Below are positions 39,683-48,797 of a stretch of DNA of 64,000 nt, one piece after another. Location of the stretch: contig CAZEZM010000018.1 of NCBI GenBank assembly GCA_964515955.1, forward strand, positions 1,933 to 65,932, in the 5' to 3' direction. Below the pieces are notes generated by a model that was not told the origin of the DNA, did no database searches, and was given only the letters and a program-made list of their open reading frames with translations. The position numbers and the translations under genes were made by a program. The stretch is from an uncultured Flavipsychrobacter sp. Lineage in GTDB: Bacteria > Bacteroidota > Bacteroidia > Chitinophagales > Chitinophagaceae. Numbering within the stretch: the first letter of the stretch is position 1; each line of letters starts with the position of its first letter.

Positions 39683-39903
39683 ATTATTCTGTCCTGAAAA
39701 AACGTAGCGTTGCTGTATGTCAAAGAACTGCCCGTGCAGCCATGTAGCTGATGGAATGGCTACTAAATAATTATAGTAAATTTACATAAAAATAATGTAA
39801 TTTAGGATTAAAATACCTGATGTGTAGCCGAGAAACCCGGCCTGTTGCTTATAGATATGCTTTGCCAGCTTTTAGTACCTTAAATGCCGGTTACATACCG
39901 GGT

Positions 39904-39970
39904 GACTTAATAGAACACGGATGCCCGCCCGGATGAACCGTTCGGACGGGCCCTTCGGAACATTCACGCC
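39904..39970. repeat. direct repeat A, left copy (upstream of the 650-aa T9SS cargo gene)
   Basis: GACTTAATAGAACACGGATGCCCGCCCGGATGAACC...TTCGGAACATTCACGCC. Compare 42171..42221. Confidence 0.7.
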
Positions 39971-40138
39971 AGTTGAAAATAATACTATTAGCTATTCACT
40001 TTTATATGGTTTATTAATCATTAGTTAATATTTATTATTAAAAAGAATTATTATTAACGATAGATGCATACTTAGCTATCTATATGAATTATCTTAGTTA
40101 GAGATTTATGCTATCGTTCATTGATAAAACGTTTACCT

Positions 40139-42073
40139 ATGAAAAAGATCCTTTTTATACTGCTGATGTGCAGTAGCTTCTTCAGTGCAAAGGCTGCATT
40201 TGTGAGTGGTAGCATCACAGCTAATACTACATGGACCCTGGCTAACAGCCCTTATATAGTAAATGGCAACCTGACTATTGATTCAGGAGTTGTACTGACT
40301 ATTCAACCCGGTGTGGAAGTACGTGTAGATAGTACATACATTTTTCAGGTAGATGGGAAATTATTAGCCGTGGGTACAAGCGCTGATACGATAAAGTTTA
40401 CCTCCAACAGCGCTAACCCCGCGTTACATCCTTGGGAAGGCATCAGGTTTACCCTTAAGTCTGCAGACACCAGCAAGCTGCAATACTGCCTGTTTACATA
40501 TGCTGATGTATCCATCAATACCACAGGCGCCAAATTGAAAATAAATAATTCCACATTTAAGTACAATAATATTGCTATACATATAAATAGTGTACCGTCA
40601 TTTAATTACTCAGACTACATTTATATAAACAAATGCCTGATCACTCAGAATGATACCGGTATTTACGATACCGGCAACCGGTCAATAAACAGTAAGGTTA
40701 CAGAAAATGAAATTTCATTCAATAGTATCGGAATGAGGGAAGAAAATAGCTGGGAAGGGTTACGGAATTTCAATTATAATGAATTCAACTATAACGCCAT
40801 CGGATATTCTTCAACGGGTCAACAATTTGGGTCCAGGTTAAATACCTTCAAAGGGAACACGATTTATGGTATATATGTTGCGGCTACTACACCTGAGAGC
40901 ATAGGGTATATAAGTGAAAACCTGTTCATTTACAATACGACGGCCATTTATATAGATAATGCTTCACAAGCCCTGATCTATTTTAACACCATAGCGTATA
41001 ATGGCATCGGTATAGAGGATAACTTTAGTTACACCGGTAGTGCATCGAGAAACGGTTTTTCATCCTTCACGAACTGTTATACAAATAATACGTACTATAA
41101 TATCAAAGAGAATGGGCGGCTTGATTTTTCGACAAGAGATGACTGGTGGGGTACTGCCAGCATACCAGGAATAGATTCGGCTATTTATGACTATTATGAT
41201 GACACTACTAAAGGGAAAGTAGTTTACACGAATATCAAACTCACCAGTGGCGGGTGCAGAACTGTATCTCCACCTCCGCCGTGCCTGCAACCAGGTTCGC
41301 TGAATGTTGTTGCCACATCGCCAAATACCGCAACGGCAACATGGGCTGCAGCATCAGGTGCTGCGGGCTACGAGTATTACATCATACCACTCACGTCTTC
41401 ACCTCCGTCCATGGGTACTGTCACTACGACCCCTTCTGTGAATCTCACCGGCCTTACCGGTGGGGAAAAGTATATTTTCTGTGTGCGGACAAGGTGCCAG
41501 TCTTCACCTTTCCTGTCTGCGTGGGTATGTGATACTGTAACAATGCCCTGTGGCGCGCCAGGCTATATTATCGTCAACCAGGTATCAGCAACCGGAGCTG
41601 TTGTTTGGTGGGGAGCGACCACAGGTGCAACCGCTTATGAGTACTATGTAGCACCTCATCCGTCAACGCCACCGGCTATGGTAAGCACCACGTCCAACAA
41701 TGTTGTGATAATAAACGGCCTAACCGCAAATACAACTTACGATGTTTGCGTAAGAGGCAAATGCGGCAGCTATTATTCCGCATGGAAATGTGACACCTTG
41801 CATACAGCAACCGGCATTAATAGCCTCGATACACGGGATGCCGTTAGCGTGTATCCTAACCCTAATAATGGCACATTTACTGTTTCTTTGGGCGATATGT
41901 CAAGTGATAATACTACTATCGTTTTGTATGATGTAACGGGCAGGATGATTATGTCAAAGAAAATGTATGCAAACACGGAAGTAGTTGAATTGCGAAATGG
42001 AGCAAAAGGAGTGTACCTGCTAAGGATAGTAACGGGCGATTCTGTAATTAATAAGCGTATAGTCGTTGAATAA
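40139..42073 (+). CDS. T9SS-secreted protein: right-handed beta-helix region + two FN3-like domains + Por/T9SS C-terminal sorting domain
   Basis: Signal peptide MKKILFILLMCSSFFSAKA, N/T/I-rich beta-helix repeats, duplicated ...AAGYEYYIIP... / ...ATAYEYYVAP... modules, and a C-terminal VSVYPNPNNGTFTV...GVYLLRIV motif. The track ORF starts at TTG 40121. Confidence 0.85.
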   Translation: MKKILFILLMCSSFFSAKAAFVSGSITANTTWTLANSPYIVNGNLTIDSGVVLTIQPGVEVRVDSTYIFQVDGKLLAVGTSADTIKFTSNSANPALHPWEGIRFTLKSADTSKLQYCLFTYADVSINTTGAKLKINNSTFKYNNIAIHINSVPSFNYSDYIYINKCLITQNDTGIYDTGNRSINSKVTENEISFNSIGMREENSWEGLRNFNYNEFNYNAIGYSSTGQQFGSRLNTFKGNTIYGIYVAATTPESIGYISENLFIYNTTAIYIDNASQALIYFNTIAYNGIGIEDNFSYTGSASRNGFSSFTNCYTNNTYYNIKENGRLDFSTRDDWWGTASIPGIDSAIYDYYDDTTKGKVVYTNIKLTSGGCRTVSPPPPCLQPGSLNVVATSPNTATATWAAASGAAGYEYYIIPLTSSPPSMGTVTTTPSVNLTGLTGGEKYIFCVRTRCQSSPFLSAWVCDTVTMPCGAPGYIIVNQVSATGAVVWWGATTGATAYEYYVAPHPSTPPAMVSTTSNNVVIINGLTANTTYDVCVRGKCGSYYSAWKCDTLHTATGINSLDTRDAVSVYPNPNNGTFTVSLGDMSSDNTTIVLYDVTGRMIMSKKMYANTEVVELRNGAKGVYLLRIVTGDSVINKRIVVE

Positions 42074-42114
42074 TTTAAGAACGTCCACAGCATAACGATA
42101 TATACAAAGTGTTT

Positions 42115-42148
42115 AATGAAACCCGTATTGTACGGGTTTCATTATTTT
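42115..42148 (+). terminator. intrinsic terminator of the T9SS cargo gene
   Basis: 13-bp stem aatgaaacccgta (42115-42127) pairs with tacgggtttcatt (42131-42143), followed by ATTTT. Confidence 0.85.
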
Positions 42149-42170
42149 AGACCAAGGGTGAAGGCTGTGC

Positions 42171-42221
42171 GACTTAATAGACACGGATGCTCCCCTGATG
42201 AACCTGCGGAACGTCCGTGCC
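42171..42221. repeat. direct repeat A, right copy
   Basis: GACTTAATAGACACGGATGCTCCCCTGATGAACCTGCGGAACGTCCGTGCC. It aligns to 39904..39970 with one ~12-14-nt indel and scattered mismatches. Confidence 0.7.
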
Positions 42222-42248
42222 TATGGCTTGTTTATGTATTTATATATA

Positions 42249-42875
42249 TTATTTTTTCGGAAGATTCCATTTTTCAATTAATTCGGCGTTGAGCCCTCCC
42301 TCTTTCGCGTTGGGTTTACCTACCCCTGTCGTGATAAGGGATTTTAAACTTCCCTGTATGTAACTGGTCCACGCATCGCGGCACACATCATAACATTCAT
42401 ATTCCGGAACCAGCCCAGCATGGGTTAAACGTAATTCGGTTTTACCTTCTTTTTCTGATATGTCGAATATGATCCTGGTTCCTTTCCACTCCGTCTTGTC
42501 TTGCGTAAAATTGAAGTGGTTTTCCAGCACCAACCAAACTACCTTTTTGCCGGGAATGAATTCCACAATCTTCATTTTGCTGATATGGACGTCTTTGTAG
42601 TAATACAGGAATTCTTCACCAGGCTTGTCGGTGTTGCCTTCCACACTTTCCGACCACCAACCGCGCACATTGTTGATGGCGTTAAAAACTTCGTCAGCTG
42701 TCTGGTCTACTAAAAATGTTGTGGTGAAATCTGAGCTTGTCATGTTCTTTTCGATTTTTGATGTTAATGATTTATTATGCTTAGTTGAATTATCAGTTGA
42801 ATTGCAGGAAGTACAGCTAGCCAACAATAGTACGATGGACAGACAACGGGCTGATTTGTTTAGTACGTTCGCCAT
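42249..42875 (-). CDS. SRPBCC (AHSA1/START-like) domain lipoprotein
   Basis: Start at the ATG within TAATG that overlaps the upstream stop (42873-42877). Signal plus lipobox LLLASC, then an SRPBCC core (WWSESVEGNTDKPGEEF...LTHAGLVPEYECYDVCRDAWTSYI). The track ORF extends upstream to 42953. Confidence 0.75.
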   Translation of the reverse strand: MANVLNKSARCLSIVLLLASCTSCNSTDNSTKHNKSLTSKIEKNMTSSDFTTTFLVDQTADEVFNAINNVRGWWSESVEGNTDKPGEEFLYYYKDVHISKMKIVEFIPGKKVVWLVLENHFNFTQDKTEWKGTRIIFDISEKEGKTELRLTHAGLVPEYECYDVCRDAWTSYIQGSLKSLITTGVGKPNAKEGGLNAELIEKWNLPKK

Positions 42876-43315
42876 TAGCTTGCTTGTTTTATGGCTGCGG
42901 TTAGTTTTTCCTGCATATACTGTGTCCAGGCAGGCGCGCAGGCATCGTAACACTCAAAATCCGGAACCAATCCTTTGTGCGTAAATACGATTTTGGTTTT
43001 GCCCGCTTCCTGCGAGATTTCAAAACCAAACATGGTTCCTTCCCATTCATCTGTCTTGTCAACAAAGCTGAGATTAGCCTCTGTCACCAGCCAGGTTACT
43101 TTTTTATTGGGCACCAGCTCTACCAATTTTTGTTTGGTGTAATGCGCCCCGTCTCCGGCACGAAAGCTGAATTCGTCACCGAGTTGCTCCGAGTTTCCCT
43201 CAAATGATTCGCCATATAGCCCGGACCACCATGACCTTACGTCGAGGATAGCATTATATGCCTCCCCGGGTGTTTGTTCTACCAATATCGTAGTTGTAAA
43301 ATTCTGCTGTTTCAT
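42875..43315 (-). CDS. SRPBCC (AHSA1/START-like) domain protein, cytoplasmic paralog
   Basis: 146 aa. WWSGLYGESFEGNSEQLGDEF...FTHKGLVPDFECYDACAPAWTQYM is paralogous to the downstream gene. Confidence 0.75.
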   Translation of the reverse strand: MKQQNFTTTILVEQTPGEAYNAILDVRSWWSGLYGESFEGNSEQLGDEFSFRAGDGAHYTKQKLVELVPNKKVTWLVTEANLSFVDKTDEWEGTMFGFEISQEAGKTKIVFTHKGLVPDFECYDACAPAWTQYMQEKLTAAIKQAS

Positions 43316-43459
43316 TATCTGTTTAGTTTTTAAGTTCTCTGTTTGTATTACGATGGCAAAGCTAGGACCGGTATAGCTAACTGAAGGGTGGTCAAATGGA
43401 CATTATAGCGGGTTGATTTGGACAAGGTATAGTTATACCTTTATTATAAATTAGTTTGG

Positions 43460-44449
43460 ATGAAACATATCACGCTCTTATATCCTGACGGCGAATGCAA
43501 CCTCAGTACAGTAGCTTGTATAGTGGGTACTGTAGAGATATTTTCGAGGGCCAATGGCTATTGGATGCAGCAGGGCAACAAGCAGAAATATAAATTGAGT
43601 GTAGCAGGTACCACATCTAAGAAGCAATACATCAATAACCTGGTGGCCTTAAAGCCCGACAGTCATATCCGGGATATTGCAAAAACAAATCTCATTATTA
43701 TTCCTTCTGCAATGCCGGGAGCAACCACGGTCGAACGCCAGATGATGTATGACTGGATAAGACAGCAGTACAAAGCAGGCGCAGAAGTAGCCAGTATGTG
43801 TTCAGGCGCATTTATCCTGGCCTCGACGGGTATAATGGATGGTAAAAGTTGTTCTACCCATTGGTCGTTCGCCGATAGGTTCAGGGAAACGTATCCTAAA
43901 GTGAATTTACATTCAGATAAACTGATTACCGATGAAAATGGGGTCTATACAAATGGCGGCGCTTACTCTTTCCTGAACCTGGTAATATACCTTGTTGAGA
44001 AATATTACGACAGGCAGACAGCGATATTCTGTTCCAAGGTATTCCAGGTAGAGATAGAGCGGAACAGCCAATCGCCCTTTGCCATATTTACCGGGCAGAA
44101 ACAACATGACGATAGCATAGTGCAACAAGCCCAGGCGCATATAGAACGAAACATTGGTGAAAAAATCTCTGTTGGAGAACTGTCTGCGAAATTTGCAATA
44201 GGACGGAGAAATTTTGACAGGAGGTTTATTAAAGCTACAGGCAATACTCCGTTGGAGTACGCTCAGAGAGTGAAAATAGAGTCAGCGAAAAAGGCGCTGG
44301 AGGACACCCGTAAAACAGTTAATGAAGTGATGTACGAGGTGGGTTACGCCGATGTAAAGGCTTTCAGGGAAGTGTTTAGAAAAATTACGGGGTTATCACC
44401 ACAGGAATATAAAACCAAGTATAATAAAGAAGCTGCGGGTGGGTATTGA
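43460..44449 (+). CDS. GlxA-type transcriptional regulator (DJ-1/PfpI-like domain + AraC HTH)
   Basis: 329 aa. The DJ-1-like N-terminus has VASMCSGAFILA. The C-terminus has the AraC double HTH (FAIGRRNFDRRFIKATGNTPLEYAQRVKIE...GYADVKAFREVFRKITGLSPQEY). Confidence 0.85.
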   Translation: MKHITLLYPDGECNLSTVACIVGTVEIFSRANGYWMQQGNKQKYKLSVAGTTSKKQYINNLVALKPDSHIRDIAKTNLIIIPSAMPGATTVERQMMYDWIRQQYKAGAEVASMCSGAFILASTGIMDGKSCSTHWSFADRFRETYPKVNLHSDKLITDENGVYTNGGAYSFLNLVIYLVEKYYDRQTAIFCSKVFQVEIERNSQSPFAIFTGQKQHDDSIVQQAQAHIERNIGEKISVGELSAKFAIGRRNFDRRFIKATGNTPLEYAQRVKIESAKKALEDTRKTVNEVMYEVGYADVKAFREVFRKITGLSPQEYKTKYNKEAAGGY

Positions 44450-44461
44450 TTCCTAACTGTA

Positions 44462-44502
44462 CCCCCATTTCCCACTCTCCACCTCAATGCTTACCTTAGC
44501 CG
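44462..44502. repeat. direct repeat B, left copy
   Basis: CCCCCATTTCCCACTCTCCACCTCAATGCTTACCTTAGCCG. It is 39/41 identical to 48741..48781. Confidence 0.9.
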
Positions 44503-44583
44503 TATAAATTCGCACCTGTTTGTGTTCAATGCTAAGACAGGTATACAAGGAATTATAGGAATGTCAGTTGCTCTGTACATTTA

Positions 44584-47500
44584 TTATTTCACAATCAATT
44601 TACGCGTTACTATTTCTTCACCGAACTTAATATGAATTGAATAAGCTCCTTTTGCCAGCATTCCGAGTTCCACTGTGGTGATGGATTTTTCCGGAATGAT
44701 TTCAATAACTACTCTTCCCAGCATGTCAAAAATTCTGATGAAATCGGCAATATCTGGGCCTGTGTTGATACTCACCAGGTCAATTGTAGGATTGGGCGAA
44801 ATTATGGGATATCCGTTCTCCAGTATTGATATATCTAAACACTGAGAGGTATCCGCGCAGCCTTTGTAATATGCTATTACTGCATACTGTCCGTTTGCCA
44901 AAGCAACAAATTGAGCATTAACTGCACCGGGCAAAGGGTGATAATTTTCACAATCTACCCATTGGTAAGTAGCTCCGTCACGATTGCTATTTGCCGTTAG
45001 GGTTGTGTTGCTTATGGCGGCATCGACAATCACCTCATTTACAGTCACCGGCAATGCCGATGAATTGGAGCATCCGTGATAATTTGTCAAAGTGTATTTT
45101 ATCATTACCTCACCCGTATCAATACCATACACTATTCCATTACCATAAACACTTGCAATATTGCTATTGCTGCTTGACCATATACCGCCTGAAACAGATG
45201 GGCTGAGTTGTAGCGTTTTATTTTTACAGAATATTGTGTCGCTGCCAATGGTTGCCGGGGCAGGTAAAACATTAATCACTAACACTTTTTCCACTTCAAT
45301 AGGGCATCCGTTAGAATTGTATTGATAGTATATAGTGTCGGTGCCCGCGGTGGTTGATGTATATTCCCCTGTATTGTTTATACCACCCAAAGAGATGTTG
45401 AAGTTGCGCCAATTGCCGGATGGAACTATGTGACTAAATTGAGCGACTGCCCCGGCACATACGCTATCAACTCCTGTAACAGGTATTTGTAGCGGCGCAT
45501 TTACTGTAACAAAGAAGCTTTCCGCTGAACTGCAACCAGAGTTATTGGTGATAGTATAAATAATCGTGTCTTTCCCGGTATTATTTGCAGAAAGCAAACC
45601 CGAGGGAGTAATATTACAGATATTACCATTACTTATGGAACTCCAAATGCCGCCCGGAACGACATTCTGATATTGTTCGGTATTATTGATACAGATTGTT
45701 GACGAACCCGTTATCGGGCCCGGTACAGTTACCGCCTTTATGAAAATATTCTTGCTGACAGTGGTGGTACAACCTGCACCATTTACTACCGAATATCGTA
45801 TTGTAGTTAATCCTGAATCGATAGCAGTTATCAATCCATTAGAATCAATTATAGCAATCGTTGTATCATCAGATTGCCACGAGCCACCCGCCGTAGAGTC
45901 TGTGAAAGTCGTGTTTTGATACATACACAAACTATCTATACCATGAATACTGTCTACCACAGGAATTGCAAATACAGTAATTGGGAAAGTTGTCGTATCA
46001 CTACAGCCAAAAGTGTTTGTGACGATATACACGGCTGTATCTGTCCCGGGATTTACAGGTGCAACAAGCCCTATAGTGTTTATAGTGCTAACGACACCAT
46101 TGCTTGACATACTCCATATTCCTCCCTGAACTGTATCTGAAAGTTGTATCGTATTATTCATGCACAACGTGTCTTTACCTGTAATCAGGCCTGCTGTCGG
46201 CTTAGGGAGTACAGTTATTTCTTTGGTAGTAACAGTTTTGCAAATATCCGATTGGGTATACGAAATAGTTACTTTGCCTGCTCCCGTTCCCTTTAGTATA
46301 CATCCCCTACCTCCTATGGGAGTTACAGTTGCTATATTTGTGTCAGCCGATGACCAGGTGCCGTCCAATATAAAATAGTATTGCAAAGATGTATCGCCCT
46401 CACAAATAGTATCTGTACCTACTATGTCATATTTTCTTGGCGGATTGGGGATGTAGATGTTTTTTGTCACACTTTTAACACATCCAAACGTGTTTGTGAC
46501 TGTATATATTACAGCGTCATTACCGGGGTTTACAGGTATTAACCATCCGCTTGAAGCAATGGTACTTCGGGTTCCATTGCTGGCAGTGGACCAAATGCCA
46601 CCCGGAGTGGTGCTGGAATATTGGATAGTGTCTTGTAAGCATGCGTAGTAGTCACCAGTTATCGGGCTTACTGTTGGAACAGCACCGACTGTAATTGTTT
46701 TTGAGACTTGGGTGGAGCATCCGATGCCTCCTACTTTATAAGTAATGGTAGCAGTACCTGTATCTATTCCGGTAACTAAACCAACATTGTTGACAACTGC
46801 AACTGTAGTATCGCTACTCGTCCATACACCTCCCTGTACCGAGTTAGATAATTGAATACTGCTCGCCTTACAAACTGAGTCTGGCCCTGCAATTGGGTTT
46901 AATGGGGTATATACAGTTACTGCAATTGTTTTATTAACAATTGTACCACCACAACCTGTGGTGTCTGTTTTATAGGTGATGGTTGCAGAACCTATACTCT
47001 TAGCTGTAACGACGCCGGCCTGTGATATAGTGGCAACAGAGGTATCTGACGAAGACCACACACCTCCACTGGCAGTGTTGGTGTATGTGCTGTTACTGTT
47101 CAGGCATAATATATTCTCGCCGCTAATGGGGCTTGCGATAACTGGTCCGACATTAGGATATTCGAAAGCACCAATATCGTAATTGCCTATACGGTTATTG
47201 CCCAATATGTCCCTACTGGACAGAACTGATGACATACCCGCATTGACAGCGGGGCTACATACTTTCAGCATTAGCCCATCATCTGCAGTACCTGGTATAC
47301 TATCATTGCCTAACGGATTAATCTCGTTGACAAATAATGGATTTACGCCAATCATGTTGCCAGGTGAGGCAGAGGGTAGTTGAAAGATGTTATTTTTAAT
47401 ATAAGAAGTGTCAAAAATGTAAGAATTGACGTCATCCTCATTAGTCCAACCAAAAACTCTTATGTTTTTCCAGAAGATATTATTTGTATAGTGCGAAGGC

Positions 47501-48657
47501 ACGTTGTTATTGTAAATGGCACCTCCATATCTGGTGGTACTGCTTAAGACATACGAAAGTACATTACTATAAAACGTATTGTTTAAAAAATTACAATAAC
47601 GGGCTTGGTGTATGTAGACGGCGCCACCAGCTTCGTAAGCCGTATTAAAAAACATCTGGTTATTGGAAACGAGATAAGCAGAGGTGGTATCGCCGGTAAG
47701 GTAAAGACCACCACCTCCACAACTGCTATATAAGTGGCTAGTGGTGTTACTGTAAATCGTGTTGTTGGTAATTTTATTACTGTCAGGAGCATTGAAATAA
47801 ACACCTCCGCCACGACTTACACCATGACCGCTTCCAGTGTAATTATTATTAATGGTATTTCCGTTTAAAACTGTCTGACTGCCTATATATGCACCGCCAC
47901 CGAGTTTGCCCGCACTGTTTGAGTAGAGAGCATTGCTGTCAATAATAGAATTACCATTTATGAACATACCTCCTCCATGCCAGGGGGAATAGTTGTTATA
48001 TATTGAGTCAAATTTAATCGTAAACTTACCTGCTTCGACATATATACCTCCTCCATTGTCTGTCGCGTAATTATTATGAATATGCAGATTGCGAAATATA
48101 CTATTTGTACCCCCATATGCATAAATACCACCACCGCTACCACGAAGGATGCTAATACTATTTACAGTTATATTGGGCCAGGAGTTGGCATTGCCTCCTT
48201 TGATTCTAAAACCGTCAAGTATGCATCCCGGCGAACTGCCGGATATCACCATCAATACAACATGATAACTATTGTCAGAACTGTTATTCACCGCGCCAAT
48301 ATCGCCGCTAAGTGTAGTAATATTTGCAGCAATAGTACGGGCTGAAATACTGGTTTCAGTGCCTGCAAAACCACCATAGATATCAACACCACTCTTTAAG
48401 TAAAAAGTTTTATCTCTGGGATTTGTAGGAGTGGTACTGCCAAATGGGTCACGACTGGGTAAATATGTTCCGGCAGCTACCCATACCTGGTCGCCGTTAG
48501 ATGAAACATTTATCATTGCTTGTAGGTCAGAGCTGGCGTTAGCCCACGAGGAGCCATTGCCGGAACCAGAAGCTGTAGGTTTTACATAACGAATAGTTGC
48601 ATCGGCGTTTAAGGTGCAGAGGGCTGCTATCAATATCAGAAGGTACTTTATTTTCAT
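44584..48657 (-). CDS. giant T9SS-secreted adhesin-like protein: beta-helix region + nine Ig-like (Big_2-like) modules + T9SS C-terminal sorting domain
   Basis: 1357 aa. Signal peptide, N-terminal IRYVKPTASGSGNGSSWANA plus GGG[IV]Y beta-helix repeats (aa ~25-500), nine ~78-aa modules marked by GG[IV]WSS...TI.Y (aa ~505-1208), and a C-terminal ISPNPT...GAYSIHIKFGEEIVTRKLIVK. Confidence 0.9.
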   Translation of the reverse strand: MKIKYLLILIAALCTLNADATIRYVKPTASGSGNGSSWANASSDLQAMINVSSNGDQVWVAAGTYLPSRDPFGSTTPTNPRDKTFYLKSGVDIYGGFAGTETSISARTIAANITTLSGDIGAVNNSSDNSYHVVLMVISGSSPGCILDGFRIKGGNANSWPNITVNSISILRGSGGGIYAYGGTNSIFRNLHIHNNYATDNGGGIYVEAGKFTIKFDSIYNNYSPWHGGGMFINGNSIIDSNALYSNSAGKLGGGAYIGSQTVLNGNTINNNYTGSGHGVSRGGGVYFNAPDSNKITNNTIYSNTTSHLYSSCGGGGLYLTGDTTSAYLVSNNQMFFNTAYEAGGAVYIHQARYCNFLNNTFYSNVLSYVLSSTTRYGGAIYNNNVPSHYTNNIFWKNIRVFGWTNEDDVNSYIFDTSYIKNNIFQLPSASPGNMIGVNPLFVNEINPLGNDSIPGTADDGLMLKVCSPAVNAGMSSVLSSRDILGNNRIGNYDIGAFEYPNVGPVIASPISGENILCLNSNSTYTNTASGGVWSSSDTSVATISQAGVVTAKSIGSATITYKTDTTGCGGTIVNKTIAVTVYTPLNPIAGPDSVCKASSIQLSNSVQGGVWTSSDTTVAVVNNVGLVTGIDTGTATITYKVGGIGCSTQVSKTITVGAVPTVSPITGDYYACLQDTIQYSSTTPGGIWSTASNGTRSTIASSGWLIPVNPGNDAVIYTVTNTFGCVKSVTKNIYIPNPPRKYDIVGTDTICEGDTSLQYYFILDGTWSSADTNIATVTPIGGRGCILKGTGAGKVTISYTQSDICKTVTTKEITVLPKPTAGLITGKDTLCMNNTIQLSDTVQGGIWSMSSNGVVSTINTIGLVAPVNPGTDTAVYIVTNTFGCSDTTTFPITVFAIPVVDSIHGIDSLCMYQNTTFTDSTAGGSWQSDDTTIAIIDSNGLITAIDSGLTTIRYSVVNGAGCTTTVSKNIFIKAVTVPGPITGSSTICINNTEQYQNVVPGGIWSSISNGNICNITPSGLLSANNTGKDTIIYTITNNSGCSSAESFFVTVNAPLQIPVTGVDSVCAGAVAQFSHIVPSGNWRNFNISLGGINNTGEYTSTTAGTDTIYYQYNSNGCPIEVEKVLVINVLPAPATIGSDTIFCKNKTLQLSPSVSGGIWSSSNSNIASVYGNGIVYGIDTGEVMIKYTLTNYHGCSNSSALPVTVNEVIVDAAISNTTLTANSNRDGATYQWVDCENYHPLPGAVNAQFVALANGQYAVIAYYKGCADTSQCLDISILENGYPIISPNPTIDLVSINTGPDIADFIRIFDMLGRVVIEIIPEKSITTVELGMLAKGAYSIHIKFGEEIVTRKLIVK
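45034..47145 (-). repeat. tandem array of nine Ig-like coding modules inside the adhesin gene
   Basis: Repeated protein pattern ..C.....Q.S....GG.WSS.......I...G.V.....G...I.Y.......C.......I.V, read directly from the translation. The DNA copies are diverged. Confidence 0.75.
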
Positions 48658-48740
48658 GTAAAAAAATCTCGATAGTTAAGATTGTACTTATCAATATTAC
48701 GACTAATAATTAATTCAGGCTATGAGAAATCGTAGCACAT

Positions 48741-48781
48741 CCCCTATTTCCCACTCTCCCCCTCAATGCTTACCTTAGCCG
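48741..48781. repeat. direct repeat B, right copy
   Basis: CCCCTATTTCCCACTCTCCCCCTCAATGCTTACCTTAGCCG, ending 17 nt before the SDR start codon. Confidence 0.9.
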
Positions 48782-48797
48782 CTCAATATTATCAGAT

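Noticed and set aside
39505-39747. 72-aa (minus) and 62-aa (plus) ORFs across the hairpin repeats
   Set aside because: Their internal peptide repeats simply reflect the tandem DNA duplication in every frame. There is no start context or motif, so the region is treated as non-coding repeats.
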